NCBI RefSeq assembly: GCF_037042905.1
Contig: NC_087252.1
Location: forward strand, 14,758,001-14,822,000
DNA: 64,000 bases
Source of the DNA: Lytechinus pictus
Lineage: Eukaryota
Direction of reading: 5' to 3'
In this document: positions 51,481-64,000 of the stretch, one piece after another
Position numbering within the stretch: position 1 is the first letter of the stretch
How the letters are laid out: each line of letters opens with the position of its first letter
Program-made: the position numbers and the translations under genes
Notes under the pieces: model-generated
Database searches by the model: none
The model's input: the letters and a program-made list of their open reading frames with translations, nothing else
Told to the model about the DNA's origin: nothing

Positions 51481-53500
51481 CCAAATCGGACATCTAGAGC
51501 AAAAATCGTTAAAATTTAGATGTTTTAAAGTTTAAAAATGAGAATCTAGTTTGTCATGTTGAGTAGGCTGGGCCTCTGAACTTTGCAGTTGTGACGTAAT
51601 TGAAATGACGTGTCCCTGGCCTAGGGACGCAGTGTCCATCGTTGTCTTAATTTGATTACCTTCATGACGTATAGCATTTTAATGCTAGCTCACATTACAA
51701 GACCAGGGGCCAGGCTACATTATCAGGCCATGTTACACCTTAATTCCAGAAGCTACTGCTATATCAGACTTTGTTCTTGTATGAAAAGTCTTCAGATTAC
51801 TATTTAAAAAATAGTGGTAATAAAACTATCTGGGAATTATGCGCAATTTGATAGCTATAAAGCCATTTGTGACTGTGAGTATTTCTTTTCTCTTATTTGT
51901 TTTAATGATTTTTAAATACAAAAACGCCACCCTCATTTCATGACCTTTTTTTGCAAAAGAATACAAGCACGAATAAAACCTTCTGCAAAATATTTCTAAT
52001 TATATGCATTTTTAATTTCTAATTATATGAATTAAACAAGGATCAATTCCAGGGCATCACTGGTACTTACATGTATCTCCTGTTGGCGGCGAGCTGCTCA
52101 TTGTTGGAATGTGAACATTGCACGTTGGATCTCAAATCAAAAGTTTTTTTTTATTAGAATATATCTTTTACCATTTTATTGATCAAATTTGTATCTATCC
52201 AATATATAGTATTCCTCTGGTAATTATGGAGTCAGGAGACATGGAACTGTTATTTTGGCTGTATACATGTAGATCCATAATGTTTTTCTGTATATTCATG
52301 TTCTTGTGTAATCATCAATTTCAGGTTTCTTAATGTATCAGGATTGGGTTCTGGCTTAGTGGTCGAGGATCCGGGTTTGCGTCCCACCCCCCCCCAAAAA
52401 AAAAAAAAAAAAAAAAAACAATATAATGTTGACTTGCCATATTAATATTGTATTTTAACAGCTCAGGTATATGTTTTTTTTGTATTGTAAGAATTTTATG
52501 TCGTATATATTTTCCTTTTTTTATGGATATAATGCTTTTGTCTGGTTTAGTTTTTTGGGGTCTCATGGAGTATTCACTTCCTTTATACTTCATTTTATTT
52601 TGCTATTTTGTTCTCCTTATTAAGATATAGGATCATTTTGCGAGTACATTTGTTTCTTTTGATTGCTCTTTCTTTTATAATAATAATATAGGGTATTTAT
52701 ATTGCGCACATATCCACCTTGTTAGGTGCTCAAGGCGCTCCTATATTACCCGGCTAAGCTAGGCGTTCATGTACATATATTTTATAGAAACTAGAAACAG
52801 GCCCACTCCACCTCAAGTAAAAAATTGTCTTGTACACCTTGGGGTGTGGCCTTCTAATCTAAATTGCTTGGTTTTTCTTATTGTATGAGATATATGGAGT
52901 TTAGTTTAAACCATTAGTTAAATAGTTTTTTTGGAGTAGAGTATTTGTTACTCATACAGATAACATGAATTTTGCTTTCTTAATCTAGGAGTTTGTGAAG
53001 TATATTCAGTGGCATACCCAGGATTTTCCAAAAGGGGGGCATATTTTTTGGAGGATATTTCGTCCGCCAAAAATGTGACAAGTCTCACGTCTGTTTTTGC
53101 ATTGCATTTTTACATTACAAATTATTAATTTTGCTTCTTAAAGGGGGGAGGGGCACGTCCCCTGGATCTCTTTTGACTCATCGGGGGGGGGGGGGCAGGG
53201 GTACGTCCCATGCATGAGTTGTGACTTGTCAGGGGGGCTGCCTGCCCCCCTCCCCCCTTAGGAACGCTAGTGAGTATATTGACCAATATTTGATTCACAT
53301 CTTGGTGTATTTGGTTGAGTTTATTCTTCAATAAAGTTACATCAACACTTTATATGCACATGTGTTTGAGTGCTTTATGTACTGTATCTTAAGCTTATTA
53401 TAATGACTTACATTCATTCATTCATTTTAAAATGTTTAAGCCTGGTGATGATTCAGTAGTTGATGTATGTCAAATTCATAGATGCCTTAAAATTAATGTT

Positions 53501-53714
53501 GGGGTGTTGCAAAAAAATATTCGCGAGCAATTTCAAATTTATAATGCAAATTTACAAGAAATAGATCAATCTAAACTAAAGCAAATTAATTTATACTCGT
53601 TGATGCAAGGAGCAGACCATCAGTTGCAAATTTGCAATGAAATGCATGAATTTCAATTTATTTGGGGACCTGACATTGACTTGCGATCAAGTTGCAAGTT
53701 TCTTGCAACGCCCC
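53501..53714. mobile_element. MITE sharing TIRs with the 45338-49987 element
   Basis: ggggtgttgcaa...tttcttgcaacgcccc. Confidence 0.8.
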
Positions 53715-54214
53715 CACAAGAGGACAGAATATATGAATAATGTGTGTGAGCACTAGCACTGGTATGAGGCAAGTAAAAGTATAGTGAAAATGAAAATATG
53801 TGACGAATATGAGAAAAGATGAGCATGAGAAGACTTAGGAACATCTAACATTATCGTTTAACCAGGACGGCGATTTAGCTAATTTATAGAGAATGCTATG
53901 CACTGAGCTGACAATTTTCCGAGACCAAAAATCAAAATAAATTAAGAGAACTATATCTTTGCAGATCTTGCTTTTCTTTTACAAATAAAGAAGTTTTCCC
54001 AAACAGTATCCCTTAATGGGATGGTCCAGGTTGGAGATATTTACATCTCAATAAATAGAGTAAAATTTACAAAGCAAAGTGCTGAGAATTTGATCAAAAT
54101 CGGATAACAAATAACGAAGTTATTGAATTTTAAAGATTTGGATTTTGCCGGTAAAACAGTTATAGGCATGTCTTTATGAATATTCATTAGGTGGGCTGAT
54201 ATTTTTCCTATTCC

Positions 54215-56223
54215 CATAGGCAGATCCAGGGGGGGGGTGGGGGTTGGCGAGGGGCCAATTTACTGGCCATAATATTAACAGATTTCGCGCTCTCATTAGG
54301 CTTATCAGAATAAAAGATTAATTAGGTAATAAATTTTCCCTTTTTCAGAATTGAATGTCGACAAGTTTCATCTCGCGCTTAGGAAGAGAAATAGGAAGAT
54401 AGACATCATTTTCATATGATGACATAAAAATCAAAGTAACAATAATGAAACATCAGCTCTTTTTAACTGATCCGCATGAACCTCACGATTTTCCTACAAA
54501 GTGCTTAAAATACAGAGCTTAAATTGACCCCTTTTCAGATCGAAATATGAAAATATTCTAAGCTCGAGCTTCACGCTCGCTTTATTGATGTTTACAATAA
54601 CAAGTGGAATGCCTCTGGCCGTCTTACCTGCATCACGTGATTCAATATAGCAGCAGTGCTGATTTTGAAAACTACTATAACTCGCACAAGATGTTCAGTG
54701 ATACTTGGTTACCCTTATTTCCACGTTTTATGAACTAGACCAATACACTTATAGAGATATGATGGCAATTCAACAAATACCCCCAACGTGGCCAAAGTTC
54801 TTTGACCTTACATGACCTTTGACCTTGATCATGTGACCTGAAACTCGCACAGGATGTTCAGTGATACTTGATTACTATTATGTCCAAGTTTTATGAACTA
54901 GACCAACACACTTTCAAATTTATGGCTGTAATTCAACAAATACCCCAATTTGGCCAAAGTTCATTGACCCTAAATGACCTTTGACCTTGATCATGTGACC
55001 TGAAACTTGCGCAGGATGTTCAGTAATACTTGATTACTATTATGTCCAAGTTTCATGAATCAGATCCATAAACTTTCAAAGTTATGATGGTAATTCAACA
55101 GATACCCCAAATTCGGCCAAAGTTCATTTACCCTAAATGACCTTTGACCTTGGTCATGTGATGTGAAACTCATGCAGGATGTTCAGTGATACTTGATTGA
55201 CCTTATGTATAAGTTTCATGAACTAGGTCCATATATTTTCTAAGTTATGATGACATTTCAAAAACTTAACCTTAGGTTAAGATTTTGATGTTGATTCCCC
55301 CAACATGGTCTAAGTTCATTGACCCTAAATGACCTTTGACCTTGGTCATGTGACATGAAACTCAGGCAGGATGTTCAGTAATACTTGATTAACCTTATGG
55401 CCAAGTTTCATGAACTAGGTTCATATACTTTCTAAGTTATGCTGTCATTTCAAAAACTTAACCTCAGGTTAAGATTTGGTGTTGACGCCGCCGCCGCCGT
55501 CGCCGTCGGAAAAGCGGCGCCTATAGTCTCACTCTGCTATGCAGGTGAGACAAGAAGGGTATTTAGAATGCCCGGTTTCTTGATCGAAATCTAAAACGCG
55601 CGCGCATGCATATTCAGATACGCAGCTTGTTCTCTATTTAAATCACTAGCCAGTTTCAGATCACAATATAAAACTTTTTCTGCTCGCGCTTTGCGCTCGC
55701 ATAATTAACGTAGGATGATTTCCAATTACTCATCCTTTTCTTGATTTACAAAACATGAATAGAGTGTCCCATTTTTAGATATAAATCTCGATTTTTTTCT
55801 GCTCGCGCTTCGCCCTCGCATCAATAGTTTATACTGATCTTTTTAACTGCAAGCAGCAGTTAACAGATCCTTTTTTGATCAGATCAAAACGTATATATAA
55901 GAATCTGCTCGCGCTTCGCGCTCACAGTAATTATTCAGTTGTATACATATCTCGTTTAGGGTCACGATCATTGCCCAGAGTGTTTAAATTTTAGGACAAA
56001 GTACATGAAATAGAAAAAAAATGCTCGCGCTTCGCCCTCGCACTATTCAACTAAGGCTTATGAGATTAATTTATATTTATCTTTATTTATAAGAAACAAG
56101 CTTTAAAGAGATTATTAGGACAACCCCTAAAAAATCAACTTCGAGTAGCCGATCGGGGGAAATGTGGCTGAAAAAAAATACGCTCACCCCCCCCCCTATT
56201 GGCGAACGCTGGATCCGCCCATG
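54215..56223. mobile_element. hAT-like non-autonomous element with gctcgcgcttcgcgctcgc repeats
   Basis: cataggcagatccag...ctggatccgcccatg termini. Confidence 0.75.
54599..55553 (+). mobile_element. Apparently complete HINE/Helentron-like element
   Basis: aacaagtgg start, subterminal IR gtcttacctgcat / atgcaggtgagac, about 130-bp gacctttgacct repeats, (gcc)n near the end. Confidence 0.75.
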
Positions 56224-59200
56224 TATCCCCACTTGCTCGTTTGCATTTAACTATATGAAATAAGGTCTATTCACAAATTTTCTACCAAGAACTAAAACAA
56301 TTGGATTGACAACTGATTTACTGCCGCAACCTATTTCATCATAATGGAGACACAACGAATATTCATGACGATGTGTATATAACTGTTTTCAAAACATATT
56401 GATAAACTTTAAAATTGAATAACTTCGTTGTTATCCGATTTGGATGAAATTTTCAGCATTTTGCTCAGTGAAGTTTAATCTATTTATTTAGATATACATA
56501 TTTTCGGCCCTGGCCATCCTTTAAATAAGAATTAGTTTTTCGACTATTTGAAATGTTAAATTTCACTTCTGACATGGCAATAAATGCCCAAGTTTACAAC
56601 ATATGTGTAATCCTTCTCTGTTTACTATTTCTGAAAAAAAATGGTCAGTTTATTAATGATTAAAACCACTGGCGTAAAGGAGGGGATTCTGGCTCTAGTC
56701 CCTCAAAAGTTCAAAAATTTGGGGAAAAAGTAAGACAGGAGAGCACAACGAAGGAGAAAAGGTGTACAATCTCTTTCTTGGTAGCATTCTATGATTTTAT
56801 TTGCATTTTTTCATTTTCATTTACAAATGCATAGTAATAGCTAGAGAATAATTATAATTCTCAATAATACATACATACACAAAATAACAAAGAACAATTG
56901 GATTAAAATGTCAATTTTAAAAAGTGAACGTTTATAGAAAAATAACAAAGTACATGTATTGAATAACTAAGTTCAGTAAAATGCGAATAGTAGGCCTATA
57001 ATTTGTTTTTCGTAAAGCAAAATACATAATTAGCCAAGCACTGTTTTGATGATTGCATACATGGAACACTTACAATGTTACATGTAGGATGTAAATAGAA
57101 ATGACACGTACAAATTGCCTTACATGTATATTATTGTGCCAATAATTATTAGTGCAAAAATGAATAAATAAAAAGACAAAGCTGATGTAAGAGTGAAAGA
57201 AAGAGAGAGAGGGAGAAAATGATTCTTCAAGTCAGTCACTGTTGGAGGTTTATGTAGTTAGAAAACAATGTGCTTTTCAATTTTTCTTTAAAGCTTTGCA
57301 AGCTTTGGTGAACCTTTAAGCTATCGTCTAATTAAATCCAGAATTGAATCCTAATAAACGAAAATATCTTATTTGAAAAAAAAATTGTCATTTAATTGTT
57401 AAGATACAGATACACATAAAAAATAATCGGATAATTTTCTCCTCTTTAATACTTCCTTATCATTATCATTTATTATTTCCATGAAATAATTTATATATTG
57501 GCCAATTCCTATTTTTATTGATAATTCAGTGTTTCATGTTGATCATTTAGTCCCACTTTGAGAAATCACTATATCACATGAAGCAGGAGGCACATGCCCC
57601 GAAGTATCCCCTTGCCCCTCCCCCAAGAAACAAATAAATAACCGTAGGAAACTAATCCTTTTTCTAAATGGAGGCCTTTTCCAAAATGAAACGTTTTTTT
57701 CTAACAAATATACTTTCTTAGAGGTAAAATAATACATTTTAGGTTAGAAAATCACAAAATGTTTGGCTCGTGCTTCGCGTTCCATTAATCATTATTCAGT
57801 AAGGTAGTACTTATCCTGTTTATGGTTTTCAAAATGTTTAGAATGTCCAGTATCTAAGTTTAAAAAATATTAACGTTTTTTCTCGCGTTTCGCGCTAGCA
57901 TCCATTACAAAGATATTCATGTTTCTTGTGACAAAAACTGTTAAAATGTTCAGAATTCAGGTTGGAAAATCACAAATATTCAGCTTGAGCCTCGGGCTCG
58001 CATTATTCGATTGGTGAGATATGTAGGCCTATCATATTCATAAGTCAGTAAATGCAGTCCATTGCAGGTTCCTTTTCTGGTCGAAGGCCCTATTGAGTTA
58101 GTTTCGTAGGTACACGTCTGTTTCCGTTATAACAAAAAATTTCGGAATGTTTAATTTACATATTTTATTATAAGAAATGTCCGAATGTTTGAGGTCGCGA
58201 TTCGCACTTGCAGTAACTCAAAATATTGCCTTTTTATTTAAACAGTGATTAGCACCATAAAGCGGATTTTTCAACTCCAGATTTGATTTTTTTTCCAAAG
58301 CGATTAATGCTATATACTCTTTCGCGAAAATAAAGCCTATATATCTCAGAAATCAGTTAAAAAAGACTCTCCTCAACCTTTAAATTACTACAAAACATCC
58401 AACTACTTCACGCAGAAGGTAGTGTCATGGTGACATGAATGTTTGCACCAAAATGTAAATCTTGACATACACTAAGTTTTTTCTTTGCCTCTCCCCCCCC
58501 CCCTCCAAAACGAAAATATGTTCAGCGCCGCCCCTCCTTTTACTTTTTAAATCTATGTTATTCTAATTTGTAAAATATTCACGCACAAACACTCTGAACA
58601 CTCTGTATGCCTATTTCAACTGGTTATTTTTTTTATTTTATTTATTTTTTTTTTATTTTTTTTTTGGGGGGGGGGAGGTTGTAGTCCATTCTAAAAAAAC
58701 ACATCTTTCTCATCACAAAATAAAAGAGATTTAAGACATATAATAACCTGGTAAAAAGTGCAGCATATTTATCATAAAATTTAGAGAAAATCACAAGGAA
58801 TCATGTACGTGTGCATGCAGTGGATCCCATACGTGCATCCGTTGCGTTGGTATACAAACAAATGGTACCAAGCCACACAGAGGCAGTGTGCGCACACACT
58901 GGACATATTTTCAATAAGCTAGGGAGCAAGTTACTCTATAGCGGGAGTTTACAGTTTGACCGTAACATACGTACGTAACGTAATAAGGGTGTCAAAACAC
59001 TAAAATGAAAAAAAGTGAAAAGGGTGTATATTTCGCTAAGAAAACATGTTTTGAATCCGATCAGAAGGAGGTGTGGGAGTTGGGCGTTAAACCCAATGTA
59101 AGTAAAGGTAAAGCCGACGTCCGTGATCACGTTAGTCATAAAAAATGTCGAAATTTTTTGCTCGCCCGCTCGCAACTTCTTATCTATTTTACGCAATACG

Positions 59201-59336
59201 CCATATTGAGCCCCCTCAATTTCTACGCTCATTACACCACTGAGCAATTACACGTATTTCTTTTTAATTTGTTACTTCATTCAAATACAAAGACTTGTAC
59301 ATTCATTGCATGAGTAATAAATTTGAATCAACTCAG

Positions 59337-60219
59337 TGTTGTAAGAGTAATTGCATTCATTTATTTAGTTATTTCATATTAAAGGTATTCATAGCATATA
59401 ATGATTAAGAATATTTCAGAATTTTTCGGTAAAGCTTTGTTAGCATGCCTATTTAATGAGTAATTTGTTATATCTGGAATGTACAAAGATAGACAATAGA
59501 GCCTGCCTGCAGTGAAAAGGACAATAGGATTAGCCATATTGTTTACATTTTAAATTTCACTGAGGTCATTCAAGAGTCTTCTAGAAGTGGACTATTCTAG
59601 AAAGATGGATAATGTTCTTTTTAAAGACAATACTAGAAGCTTCCAGAATAGTGGAAATTGATAAGCTGGCAGTTTCGACATCATCATAATATCAGATCAG
59701 AACTCAAAGTTTTACACCAGACTTTATCTGTTTATGTCAGAGCATAGCTTATTTTCATCTGAAATACAACATTTATCTTCTGTGGAATTCTTTGCACGCC
59801 ATCAATGAACTGTTTGGAGTTACTTTGAGAGAGGAATTCTCCGTTCTCAGTGATGTCATCAACCTGTTTTAATAAACGCTTTTCGACTCATGGGTCGCTG
59901 AATTCGACTGTTTGCCATCATCAACTTCGTTTTCACGGACATTTCAACTCGTTACAGTGACTATTGTTATTCATCGTGCTTCAAAATCATTTTGATCATT
60001 GCCATCATTGTGAACTTTACTTTAAGGAATCTTTGGCAACCAACTTGGATTTTATCTGGATTTAAACAGAACTTTGGATTGCACATCTAACACTTCAAGA
60101 AATGTAAGATCATTATTTTTGTTTTGTTCTGTGTATGATTGATCTATTTCCTGTAATATAAAAAAGGAAATCAAATTTGAAACTAAATGTTCATCGTTAT
60201 TTGTTGCAGCATCGTAACA
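59337..60219 (+). mobile_element. Probable solo LTR
   Basis: TGTT...TAACA ends, flanks ctcag / ctcat, no internal ORF. Confidence 0.55.
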
Positions 60220-60591
60220 CTCATAATACATACGAATACAAACCGATAAAATTATCAATTTTCTTAGAAATTAAAGAAATCTGTGTAAACAATAAACACA
60301 GTGTCCTGCTATCGTAAGCAGTTTGACTTGAAATTAATGGCGGCCGCATAAAAGAAAGGTGGTTTATATCGTCAAACCTTAAATTTGACACAAAATACTA
60401 TGTATGTATAGCTTTACTTTTCATTACGAATACGCGATTGACCCTTGATGCAATGTCGACTCTATACTACTAATCATATTTATATTATCGTCAATGCAAG
60501 AACATAAGTTGTAAACTACAATAACCATATGTGGTTACGTGTAATTTAGTTTCGGAATGCTCAACAAACTAAGTTAAACTGAAATACATAC

Positions 60592-60696
60592 CGTATGAAG
60601 TAGCATGAATCAGGAAAATGTCGGCGTTATGTGGCATCATAATCACTTGTGATCCGCTGTTTGAACTTGAGACTGGTGTGCCATGTGTTTCGTCAG
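60592..60696 (-). CDS. Caspase-family gene, linker/p10 N-terminal exon (xDETHGTPVSSSNSGSQVIMMPHNADIFLIHATSY-G)
   Basis: Acceptor tattcatttAG, donor GTATGT, phase 1/1; P-x-x-AD-x-x-x-x-x-AT-x-x-G motif joins in frame to GKVSW. Confidence 0.88.
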
Positions 60697-63399
60697 CTAA
60701 ATGAATATTGAAAAATAGAATCATGAGTAATTTAGCCAATTGAGCCTCTTTTATAACAAGGCCTATGATGCCCACTATTTACTTTAATTTACGAATGGAA
60801 ACAACTTAAAAGTCTTAAATGTTTACTTTTCAAAATGATTAAATATATTAACGGAATGCAATGATGAATGATACATTATACAAGAAAACAGGGGCGTCGA
60901 TCCATCCTTTCGGAATGGGAGGGGGGCAAAAGTGAAAAAAATATCAAAAATCCAAAGTGTTGAAATATCTTCGCACTGTTGAGTTTGAACATTTTATCAG
61001 TGTGAATAATATTTTCACGTAGTCCATTATGTGAACACACTGTGATCACACTATGTGACATTTTGTACCTTTCAGCCATAGGCGGCGGAAGCGGGGGGGA
61101 CAGGGGGACGTCCCCCTCTGAATTTCATGTGAAGGACCGCCCCCCCCCCCCTTCCTAGAAAAAAAGGAAAGAAAGGGGGAAAAGAAAAAAGCAAAGGAAG
61201 AAAGAGAGAGAGAAAAGAAGAAAGGAAAATAATAAAAATAGAAGAAAGAAAGACAAAAGGGAAAGAAGATACAAAAATAATGAGTGTACTTAAATTAGAA
61301 ATATTAAAACCTACATAGAAATTACAGTTTTGACCCCCCCCCCCCAATAAAACAAAAATCAAACTCGCTCTCCATGCAATTTCGGTAGGAAAAAATGACA
61401 AGCAACCTAAATGAAGGGAATTTGATTCAAATCTCTACATTATAGCATTAGAACCTAATGCTTCCAATTGGGGCCATGATTATGTCGGGAGTTTGTTTAT
61501 TACCCTTCAAAATGTAATGTTATAAGGAATATGACAAATATACTTAGTAGTGAAAAGACTGCAAAAAATATTGGAATATAGGGTTTGAATCTAAAAATGC
61601 GCTAAAGTTTTCAAGCTCACTCTCTGCTTTCGCTGCCATTTCCTCATTTTTCTTTTTAAAACCAACCATTTCCCATTTTATATAATGTAAAACACCAATC
61701 ATATATCTTATAAGAAAATTTGTTCCAATGAGACTAACTTGTAAATATTATGAAAGTGATTTTATATAAATGTTATAAAATATAAAATATAAATATAAAT
61801 ATTATATTTCTGGAGCTGCCGGGTGCTGTGCTCCCTGGATCACCCGCCGTTTGCTTCGCACTATACGTGAAGAAAAAAAAAAGAAAAGGAAGGAGAGGAG
61901 TCAAAATAGAAGCAAGATAAGAATGAAAAGAAAAGTGAATGAAATTATGGGCGAGGATATTTTCTGAAAATAGAGGGGAAAAAATAAGTTCATTAGGTAA
62001 AAACAAAAATTTCGCTCGCGCTCGCAATCCCTATAAGAGGAAATTTCACTGGCGTACAGATGGCTAGGCGAGGGGGGGGGGGCCCTTGCCGCCACCCCAA
62101 ATTTTTAAACGACTAAGAAGAAAAAAGAGAAAAGGAAAGAGAAAATGGTGGAATATGATATCATTTTTAGCTATTATATCAAAATATTTCACAAAATTTG
62201 ATTTTTACTTGAAAATCGACATTTTTGCTCGCTCGCTTCGCTTGCAAATTTTTATAAATTTTACGCAATAGGCAATATCTAGCATCCTCGATTTTTGGGG
62301 GCTCATTACGCCAGTAAGTGAGACAGTCTACTCTCGAGGACAACATAAAGCTTTATTTAGAGAAAATATGCACACGTTATTTTGCTTGAAGTTTTCTTCT
62401 TTTTTGTTTAAAAAGGTACGCATTCTCTTCATGCTTTGAAAAAGTAATGAATGTGAAAAACTAAAATCAGCTTGCACAACGTGCTCGCATTATTTGATAG
62501 GCATATTTAGTGAGATATGTATTCTCTTCATAAATCAAAGCAAAGAATCCTTGAAACCGCGTTTCAAATTAGTATATCACTTATTTTCAGCTCGACATGC
62601 TCGAGGTTTACATTCATAATAATTGCCGAGAATATCCCACTTAAGGTCTAAATCGCCCCCAAAATCAGCTCTCCCTTCGCGCAAGAATTATTTGGTTAGT
62701 GAGATCTTGCCCTACAACTTCTTTAATTTGTTTTAAATGTTAAAATTTGCAACAAAAAAGGGACCCCTATTGCGTTCGCATCATACGTGTTTAGATGTTA
62801 ATCCACGTCATTTGAATAAAAAGTCAGCTCGTGCTTCGTGCTCGTATACTATGTTTTTCATAAAACCATGCTTAAACTGTCCAGTTTTTAATGCTAAATT
62901 ATCAAAATTTCTCAGCTCGCGCTTTGCGCTCGCATAAATTATTTATTTAGATATCTATTCTGTTCGTGATTACCAAAAGTGATTACAATGTCCCGTTCAT
63001 ACATAAATCTAGAAAAAATCCGCAAACGCCTCGGGCTCGTTTTATCTCTTCTTTATCGAATAGGTGCTTAACATGTCGTTTTACAGGTAGAAGTATATCA
63101 TATTTCAGCTCGCACTTCGCGCTCCCATCATCAATTTAAACTTACTAAGATATCTAATCTTATAAAAAAAAAACAGTGATGTCTTTCAAATTTAAGACTT
63201 TAGTGGGAACTATCCTCCATAAAATAACTAATTTTAGCAGGCGATTGAAAAAAAAATGCTACTGAAAAAAAGGACACTTTTTTTAGGCCGGATTTGCTCA
63301 ATCAATAAACTTTACGAACGTTGGATTTAGGGAATGGTTCAAGCTTCTGCTAATCATATGTTTATTTCTGATTATCATTACGATTGAGATGAAGCTTAC

Positions 63400-63479
63400 A
63401 CATGTATGCTTGTCCTCCTGCTCATCTTGTCCTCCTTGAAATTTCATCCCGTTTTTCATGAAGCCCTCTCTCCTGGGAG
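63400..63479 (-). CDS. Possible caspase inter-subunit linker exon (PRREGFMKNGMKFQGGQDEQEDKHTC)
   Basis: GC-richer open frame, acceptor gcaatAG, donor GTAAGC; the phase-0 end does not join the 60696 exon directly unless the GT 2 nt upstream is used or another exon intervenes. Confidence 0.4.
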
Positions 63480-64000
63480 CTATTGCAGACCTTTGTGCTC
63501 AAAATAGCCGGCCCCACATTTCACCAAATTTAATATTTTACACGCTTTACTATATAATATAACATTTTCGATCTTCGCCAATATTTTTGTCAAAATTAAA
63601 ATGTATTAATTTGTGTCATTGTTAATATGCGAAAGTGTTATTTCATTATTGATTTAATGAAATGCAAAGACTCCTGAAAAAATGAGAATCGCCTTAAAAA
63701 AGTACATTGAGATTTGTACTTTTCTCATTACTTGATTAATGGACCTGTGTTATTCCTTTTTTTCTTTCTCTATTCTCTATTTTCATAATAATGAATTTTT
63801 ACGAATGATTTCATTTTCCTCTATGCTAAAATCACACCAATGAAACCGACTCCAAGCCGGCCAACTTTAAATAACGTAATACCATTGAACGGTCAGGAGT
63901 CAGTTTAGTTTTTGTGACCATGTCAATAGAGAGTTTCGGCACCGCTACGACAGCTTTCAAAAAGAACATATTGTAAAATACCCTTCATGCAGTGGCGTAA

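Larger units (their letters stand above)
54017..56520. mobile_element. Kolobok-like MITE (family of 22449-23050) hosting nested insertions
   Basis: ttaa|tgggatggtccagg...cctggccatcct|ttaa. Confidence 0.8.

Overview
AT-rich, repeat-dense animal genomic DNA; the repeat families suggest an echinoderm, probably a sea urchin (inference). Most ORFs in the supplied track are artefacts of microsatellites, MITEs and SINEs. Reading splice sites on the minus strand gives two spliced genes that the ORF track misses. (1) The 3' half of a caspase-family gene (exons 60696-60592, 39985-39873, 39181-39053; a possible linker exon near 63.4 kb; catalytic exons probably beyond the right edge). Its small subunit reads VSWS instead of the conserved VSWR, and it spans a 20.6-kb intron filled with nested transposons. 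(2) A compact TATA-containing 5-exon gene (about 7040 to 3347) encoding a 114-aa acidic protein I do not recognise. The most unusual element is a 2.3-kb duplicated unit (10729-13070 / 18585-20872). Both copies keep an identical upstream 32-bp block at -57, a TATA box at -28 and oligo-T tracts, but enclose divergent hairpin-rich cassettes. These are candidate members of an unannotated U6-type (Pol III type 3) small-RNA family. The rest comprises LINE fragments (CR1-, L2-, L1/Tx1-type), tRNA-derived SINEs, a 3.9-kb foldback element, many MITEs, Helentron-like repeats, a probable solo LTR, a second segmental duplication and satellites. Repeat-family assignments come from termini/TSD patterns only, and repeat boundaries are approximate.
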